Shown one piece after another: positions 58,958 through 64,000 of a DNA stretch of 64,000 bases (the stretch's first letter is position 1; each line of letters opens with the position of its first letter). The stretch comes from an uncultured Bacilli bacterium. GTDB taxonomy: Bacteria > Bacillota_I > Bacilli_A > RF39 > UBA660. The stretch lies in contig CAKOLK010000005.1 of assembly GCA_934096275.1 (NCBI GenBank), positions 588 to 64,587 on the forward strand, in the 5' to 3' direction. A program made the translations under genes and the position numbers. Below the pieces are notes generated by a model. The model made no database searches and was not told the DNA's origin. It saw nothing but the letters and a program-made list of their open reading frames with translations.

Positions 58958-60511
58958 CTATTTAGCTTCTTCTTGTACTCTAGTTTCACGAATAACTGTT
59001 ACTTTAATAGTACCAGGATATTGCATACTAGATTCAATCTTTTCTTTAATTTCTCTTGCTATCTTATGTGATTTTAAATCATCAACTTCTTCAGGTTTTA
59101 CTAATACTCTAAGTTCTCTACCCGCTTGAAGAGCATAACTCTTATCAATACCTTTAATACTATTAGCTATTTCTTCAAGTTGTTCTAAACGTTTTAAGTA
59201 ATTTTCTAACGAATCATTTCTGGCACCTGGTCTTGATGCTGATAAAGCATCCGCTATTTGTACTAAAACTGATACAACACTAGTAGCCTCAGTATCACCA
59301 TGATGTGATGCTATTGCATTAATTACAATAGGATGTTCTTTATATTTCTTAGCAATATTTACCCCAATCTCAACATGACTTCCTTCGATTTCATGATCAA
59401 TTGCTTTACCAATATCATGTAAAAGTCCAGCACGTTTAGCAAGAACTACATTCTCACCAAGCTCAGCAGCCATAATACCTGAAAGATGTGCTACTTCAAG
59501 TGAGTGTTTTAAAGCGTTTTGACCATAACTAGTCCTAAAATGAAGTTTACCAATTGTTTCAATTAAATCATTATCTATTCTTGTAAGTCCTAATTCAAAT
59601 ACAGCTGAATTACCCATTTCAATAATTTTTTGTTTCATTTCACGAACTGTCTTATCATATATTTCTTCAATTCTAGTTGGATGTATTCTTCCATCCTTTA
59701 CTAACTCTTCAATTGTTATTTTAGCTATTTCTCTTCTTAAAGGATCAAATGATGAAATTACAATAGCCTCAGGCGTATCATCAATAATTAAATCAACACC
59801 AGTTATTGATTCAATTGTTCTAATATTTCTTCCCTCTCTACCAATAATTCTTCCCTTCATCTCATTATTAGGAAGTTCAATCGTAGAAACAGTTTGTTCA
59901 TTAGAAACATCTGATGCATACTTTTGCATAGATAACACCAACATTTCTTTAGCTTTCTTATCACTAACTAACTTAGCTTCATCCTCACGTTCTTTGATAT
60001 AAGATACAATTTCATTTGATATATCTTCTTCAACTTTTTTCATAATCAAATCTTTTGCCTTTTCTTTATCAAGACCACTTATTTTTGAAAGCAAATCAAT
60101 TTGTTCTTGTTTTAACTTATCCATTTCTTCCTGATCAGATTGAATCTTCTTTTGCTTTTCACCAAGTTTTTCTTCACGTTCATCAAGTAATTGTTCTCTT
60201 TTTTGAAAAGTTTCATCTCTCTTATCCATATTTCTTTCTCTTTGAATAAGACGATCTTCTTGATCTTTAATTTCAGATTTTTTTTCTTTAATTTCTTTAT
60301 CTAATTCATTCTTTAATCTTTGTTTTTCTTCCTTTGCTTCAAAAAGCATATCTCTTTTTACCTTTTCTGCTTCTTTTCTAGCTTTTTCTGATAAAATCTC
60401 AATCTTTTTGACAGCATTAGATACTCTTATAAAATTAATTAGAACAGAAAGTCCTACTCCTAAAACTAATCCAATCATGATCATTAAAATGGAAAGTATT
60501 GTTTTACTCAT
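58958..60511 (-). CDS. rny: ribonuclease Y
   Basis: N-terminal TM segment, coiled coil, KH domain ([12 protein letters not shown]) and HD domain (LLHDIGKA). Confidence 0.95.
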   Translation of the reverse strand: MSKTILSILMIMIGLVLGVGLSVLINFIRVSNAVKKIEILSEKARKEAEKVKRDMLFEAKEEKQRLKNELDKEIKEKKSEIKDQEDRLIQRERNMDKRDETFQKREQLLDEREEKLGEKQKKIQSDQEEMDKLKQEQIDLLSKISGLDKEKAKDLIMKKVEEDISNEIVSYIKEREDEAKLVSDKKAKEMLVLSMQKYASDVSNEQTVSTIELPNNEMKGRIIGREGRNIRTIESITGVDLIIDDTPEAIVISSFDPLRREIAKITIEELVKDGRIHPTRIEEIYDKTVREMKQKIIEMGNSAVFELGLTRIDNDLIETIGKLHFRTSYGQNALKHSLEVAHLSGIMAAELGENVVLAKRAGLLHDIGKAIDHEIEGSHVEIGVNIAKKYKEHPIVINAIASHHGDTEATSVVSVLVQIADALSASRPGARNDSLENYLKRLEQLEEIANSIKGIDKSYALQAGRELRVLVKPEEVDDLKSHKIAREIKEKIESSMQYPGTIKVTVIRETRVQEEAK

Positions 60512-60631
60512 ACTATACCTCCATTAAAATTATTTATGTTAACATACTATATAAATATTACTTAACACTATCTTTATTTTATATTTGTATTATCTTTTTG
60601 TCAAGTAGGAATATCAAAGAAAAAAGAACCA

Positions 60632-61063
60632 TTATTTTTGGTTCAATGCATTTAATAAATTAACTTTAAACATATCTTTATCAGCATTAGTATTAGAAAT
60701 CATAACACCTTTATATGTTCCAAGTTCACTACGATGACCTTCATCTAAAATATCTTCTGGTGTAATAGTAACAAGTAATACTATATTCTTATCTAAATAA
60801 ACAGTATAATGTAATACTATATCACCATGTACTTTAGAAAATAATGCATCAGTAGGTAGTTTCAATTCATATTCTTGAGTATTATCTTTCTTAGATTCTT
60901 TAACCATCTTACCTAAGAACTTACCTTCTCTAATTGATGGATAAAACTCAAATTGTAATTTCTTATAAGCAAGCATATTATACTTTCTAACTGATCTTTC
61001 TCTTTTTCTAAACTCATTTTCATTTACATATTCAAAATGATAACTTATTCTTTTATTTTCCAT
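60632..61063 (-). CDS. hypothetical protein
   Basis: ORF downstream of the sigma factor gene. Start set at MENKRISY (GGGGG RBS). Confidence 0.4.
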   Translation of the reverse strand: MENKRISYHFEYVNENEFRKRERSVRKYNMLAYKKLQFEFYPSIREGKFLGKMVKESKKDNTQEYELKLPTDALFSKVHGDIVLHYTVYLDKNIVLLVTITPEDILDEGHRSELGTYKGVMISNTNADKDMFKVNLLNALNQK

Positions 61064-61152
61064 AATATAACCCCCAAACTTCTTTCTACTATGGTATCTC
61101 AATTAAGTGTCTAAATTATAGCACATTTTTTCGTTTTTGTCAACTTTTTTCA

Positions 61153-62010
61153 TCATTTTCTTAAATATTCTTTAAGATCATTTTCTTCACAATACTCTTT
61201 TAATTTCTTAAGAGCCCTTTTTTCTCTTTTTATAACCCTATATTTTTCTACACCAAAACCAAGCTTTTTAGTAATACGATCAATAGACATTCTATCACCA
61301 TTAATAAAACCAAACCTCATCATAATTATTTCCTTTTCTGTCATAGTTAAACACTTGAAAGCCTCATTTAAATAACTAGGTAAAAAAGTATCTAATACTT
61401 CATTTTCTATATCAGTATCATCTAAAACATTAAGCAAAACTTCTGATTTTTTTTCATCACTATTAACAACCCTCATAAAAGAAAACATATACGGATAACT
61501 AGATAATAAATAATTTACTTCCTCATAACTCATATCAAGTTCATCAACCAATAAATCCATAGAAACATCATAACCATTATCAAGCAAAAAGTTAATAGCC
61601 TTTGTAATCTTTTGTAACTTAACTTTAATATTATATGGAATCCTTATTATATCATCCTTATTTAAAATAGCAGTATTAATACTTTGTCTTATCCATAACA
61701 TTGCATAAGTAGAAAATTTAGCACCCTTACTAAAATCATACCTGTCTATTGCTTTAATAAGTCCTAAAGACCCCTCATTAATAAGATCACCAAAAGAAAG
61801 CAAATTAAGACCTCCATACTTATTACAACAATATATAACAAGCGCTAAGTTAGATTCTATAATCTTATTTCTAGCTTCTATATCACCAGCTTGAGCTTTT
61901 TTAATTAATTCTAACTCAACATTACTATCTAGTTTCACAACATTATCTAAATCTTTGAAAAATATATACAAATTATCATTAAATCTATTATTACAATACA
62001 TACCTTTCAT
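61153..62010 (-). CDS. sigma-70 family factor, SigA/RpoD-like regions 2-4
   Basis: NLALVIYCCNKY, GSLGLIKAIDRYDFSKGAKFSTYAMLWIRQSI, and region 4 LTMTEKEIIMMRFGF...REKRALKKLK. Confidence 0.75.
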   Translation of the reverse strand: MKGMYCNNRFNDNLYIFFKDLDNVVKLDSNVELELIKKAQAGDIEARNKIIESNLALVIYCCNKYGGLNLLSFGDLINEGSLGLIKAIDRYDFSKGAKFSTYAMLWIRQSINTAILNKDDIIRIPYNIKVKLQKITKAINFLLDNGYDVSMDLLVDELDMSYEEVNYLLSSYPYMFSFMRVVNSDEKKSEVLLNVLDDTDIENEVLDTFLPSYLNEAFKCLTMTEKEIIMMRFGFINGDRMSIDRITKKLGFGVEKYRVIKREKRALKKLKEYCEENDLKEYLRK

Positions 62011-62013
62011 AAC

Positions 62014-62673
62014 CTAACCCCTCATATTAAAACTATTTGTCTTTTCAAATTCCAATCTTTCAAACATTTTCTTTACTTTATTATAACACTCTATTTTATC
62101 ACTAGCACTAATCCTATCAAATATAACACAACTACTCTCAAAATCAATTAACTTAACATTAAGATCATCATTAACTAAAAAATTATGTTCATGTATATCT
62201 AAATATAATATTCCATTATTAAGTAACTCATCAATTATACACAAAACTTTATTATAAAGTAACCCTATATTATTATCATCAACTATATCATATAAACAAA
62301 CATAATCCTTATATAACTTAATCACTTGCCCAACACATCTTCTTTTACATGAAACAATCCCAATAGGAAAATCAGTATTATTAACACTACCTTGTCTTAA
62401 GACTAAACCAGATATCATTTCTTCAATATTATATGATTGTCTTTCTTTATTAAGTAAACTCTTATCAATTTTAAAACCAAATCCTTCTCCTATATCATAT
62501 ATAAGAGTATTACTGTCTTCAAAAAATATCTTAGACTTATCGAATACAAAATCACTATCAATAACATAATTATCTATATCATAACTCTTATGTATCTTAT
62601 TAGTAAAACTACTCTCTTTATTCACAATACCACCATCTTTAAAAGTGTCTAAATTATACCATAAGACAAACAA
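62014..62673 (-). CDS. hypothetical protein with a protein-kinase-like/APH-like catalytic loop
   Basis: YLDIHEHNFLVNDDLNVKLIDFE resembles DLHxxNxLV...IDF[EG]. The start codon is uncertain. Confidence 0.35.
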   Translation of the reverse strand: MFVLWYNLDTFKDGGIVNKESSFTNKIHKSYDIDNYVIDSDFVFDKSKIFFEDSNTLIYDIGEGFGFKIDKSLLNKERQSYNIEEMISGLVLRQGSVNNTDFPIGIVSCKRRCVGQVIKLYKDYVCLYDIVDDNNIGLLYNKVLCIIDELLNNGILYLDIHEHNFLVNDDLNVKLIDFESSCVIFDRISASDKIECYNKVKKMFERLEFEKTNSFNMRG

Positions 62674-62707
62674 AAAGTCAAGAAAAAAAGGACCTTAGTC
62701 CTTTCTA

Positions 62708-64000
62708 TTAATTAAACCTTTTCTTAAGCGCAATACCTGAGAAAGATAATCCCACTAATGAGATAGTAGCAACTGCAAAATATACTAAAGCGTTATCAGC
62801 AGTATCTGGATTAGTTACTTTTTTAATTTCAGTATCATTATAAACTACACTATAAGTTGAAAATTTATCAGACTTAAATGAAATAGTTCCATCACCATTA
62901 TCAACAGCATCAAGAACAGTAGTCACACCATCATGAATTCTAATTACATAATAAGTTCTTTTATAACCATTCTTAACCTTAGCAAGTGTACTAGGTAATT
63001 GAAGTTTAATAGAAACACCACCATCTACTTCAGATAATTGTTCAACTTTTAAACCATTACTAGTAGCTTTAAATAAGTCAATTTCATAATAACCTGCTAC
63101 ATTATATTTTTTATCAGTAACAACTTTATCAATTAAATCCTTATCTTCTTTAGCAATAGCATCTTCTGTCATAGCATCAACTTGTGGAGTATTAACTAAT
63201 TCATCTTCTTTAACCATAATATATTCATCAGAACCAAGAACTTTATATTCTTTTTTATTTTCAGCTAAAGTACCATTAGTAATACCTGCTACTTGATTAC
63301 CGTGTAAGTTAAACTTACCACCATTTACTATAGTAACAGATTTATCATTTTCTCCACGATTATAATCCCAAATAGCATAACCAGGTTTTCTATCAGGATC
63401 AGTACCATAATAGTTAAATGTACCACCATTTACTATTACAGTTTCTTCTGGTCTACCAGAACCTACATTAGCAATAACAGCACTACTTGGTTTATACATA
63501 TTAAATGTACCACCATTTACTATCATTTTACCATAATCATCATTTTTAATGTATTTTTTATTAGCAGTCATTTCAAAAGTACCATTATTAATAGTTAAAG
63601 TAGCATATTCTTTTGAAGTATTTTCATCTGCATTAGCCCATCCATTATCAATTAAAGATGAAATACCATTTTCAAGAGCATACTTACCACCATTAATAGT
63701 CATTTTACCATGATTTAATAATACATAAAAAGTATTGTTTTCAGCATCAACACGTTTATATGTACCACTTTCAATAGTAACAGTACCATCATTAAAAACT
63801 GGAGCTTTTTGATTAGTATTATTTGTAACAATACCTTCTCCTGTTATAACAGCAGTCGCACCTTTTTCAATCTTAATAGTGTGATCACCTTTTTCATTAC
63901 TAACATTAAAACCTGCTAAATTGATTTTAACATTACTTCCTGCTTTAACAACGATTCCATCTTTAACGTCTTCAGTTAAAGTAAAATCTTTTGCAATATC
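62708..64000 (-). CDS. beta-helical cell-surface protein, C-terminal part (5' end lies beyond the window)
   Basis: The frame is open from 63703 to the window end. Repeats such as INGGKY, VNGGTFN and NNGTFE, and a C-terminal NPDTA motif followed by a TM segment and a KKRFN tail. Confidence 0.6.
   Translation of the reverse strand, partial: DIAKDFTLTEDVKDGIVVKAGSNVKINLAGFNVSNEKGDHTIKIEKGATAVITGEGIVTNNTNQKAPVFNDGTVTIESGTYKRVDAENNTFYVLLNHGKMTINGGKYALENGISSLIDNGWANADENTSKEYATLTINNGTFEMTANKKYIKNDDYGKMIVNGGTFNMYKPSSAVIANVGSGRPEETVIVNGGTFNYYGTDPDRKPGYAIWDYNRGENDKSVTIVNGGKFNLHGNQVAGITNGTLAENKKEYKVLGSDEYIMVKEDELVNTPQVDAMTEDAIAKEDKDLIDKVVTDKKYNVAGYYEIDLFKATSNGLKVEQLSEVDGGVSIKLQLPSTLAKVKNGYKRTYYVIRIHDGVTTVLDAVDNGDGTISFKSDKFSTYSVVYNDTEIKKVTNPDTADNALVYFAVATISLVGLSFSGIALKKRFN

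Noticed and set aside
1-64000. DGR reverse transcriptase, Avd accessory gene or template repeat within the window
   Set aside because: I looked through all ORFs and intergenic regions. No RT motifs (YxDD context) turned up, no four-helix Avd-like small ORF, and no second copy of either GC-rich patch. The DGR interpretation therefore remains incomplete.

Overview
AT-rich window (under 30% G+C by eye) from the chromosome of an endospore-forming Firmicute. About 80 of roughly 85 genes are on the minus strand. Most of the window is core: thyA-folA-tmk, hemW, lepA, argS with a T-box leader, spoIIGA-sigE, spoIIM, spoVS, sepF/DivIVA, topA, rnhB, rbgA, nfo, an M16 peptidase pair, deoD, ftsK/spoIIIE, fmt, trmD, rimM and rny. 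I saw no rRNA gene, tRNA gene, CRISPR array, integrase or transposase. Main observations: (1) Four paralogous secreted proteins share a TasA/SipW-type signal peptide and N-terminal module but carry different C-terminal domains. Two of them (stops at 13643 and 23123) contain short patches of about 57% G+C with strong adenine avoidance at the C-terminal end of lectin-like domains. This looks like variable regions of a diversity-generating retroelement (DGR), but no reverse transcriptase or template repeat is in the window. (2) Five copies of a 114-bp mosaic tandem repeat lie upstream of the argS T-box, and each copy carries a near-consensus promoter motif. (3) A roughly 10-kb accessory patch between rbgA and nfo holds serial RhuM cassettes bracketed by a duplicated rbgA 5' end, several pseudogenes and some orphan operons. 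(4) A 50-bp tandem element upstream of thyA has compensatory stem changes between its two copies. Functional calls come from motif recall only; no database searches were possible.
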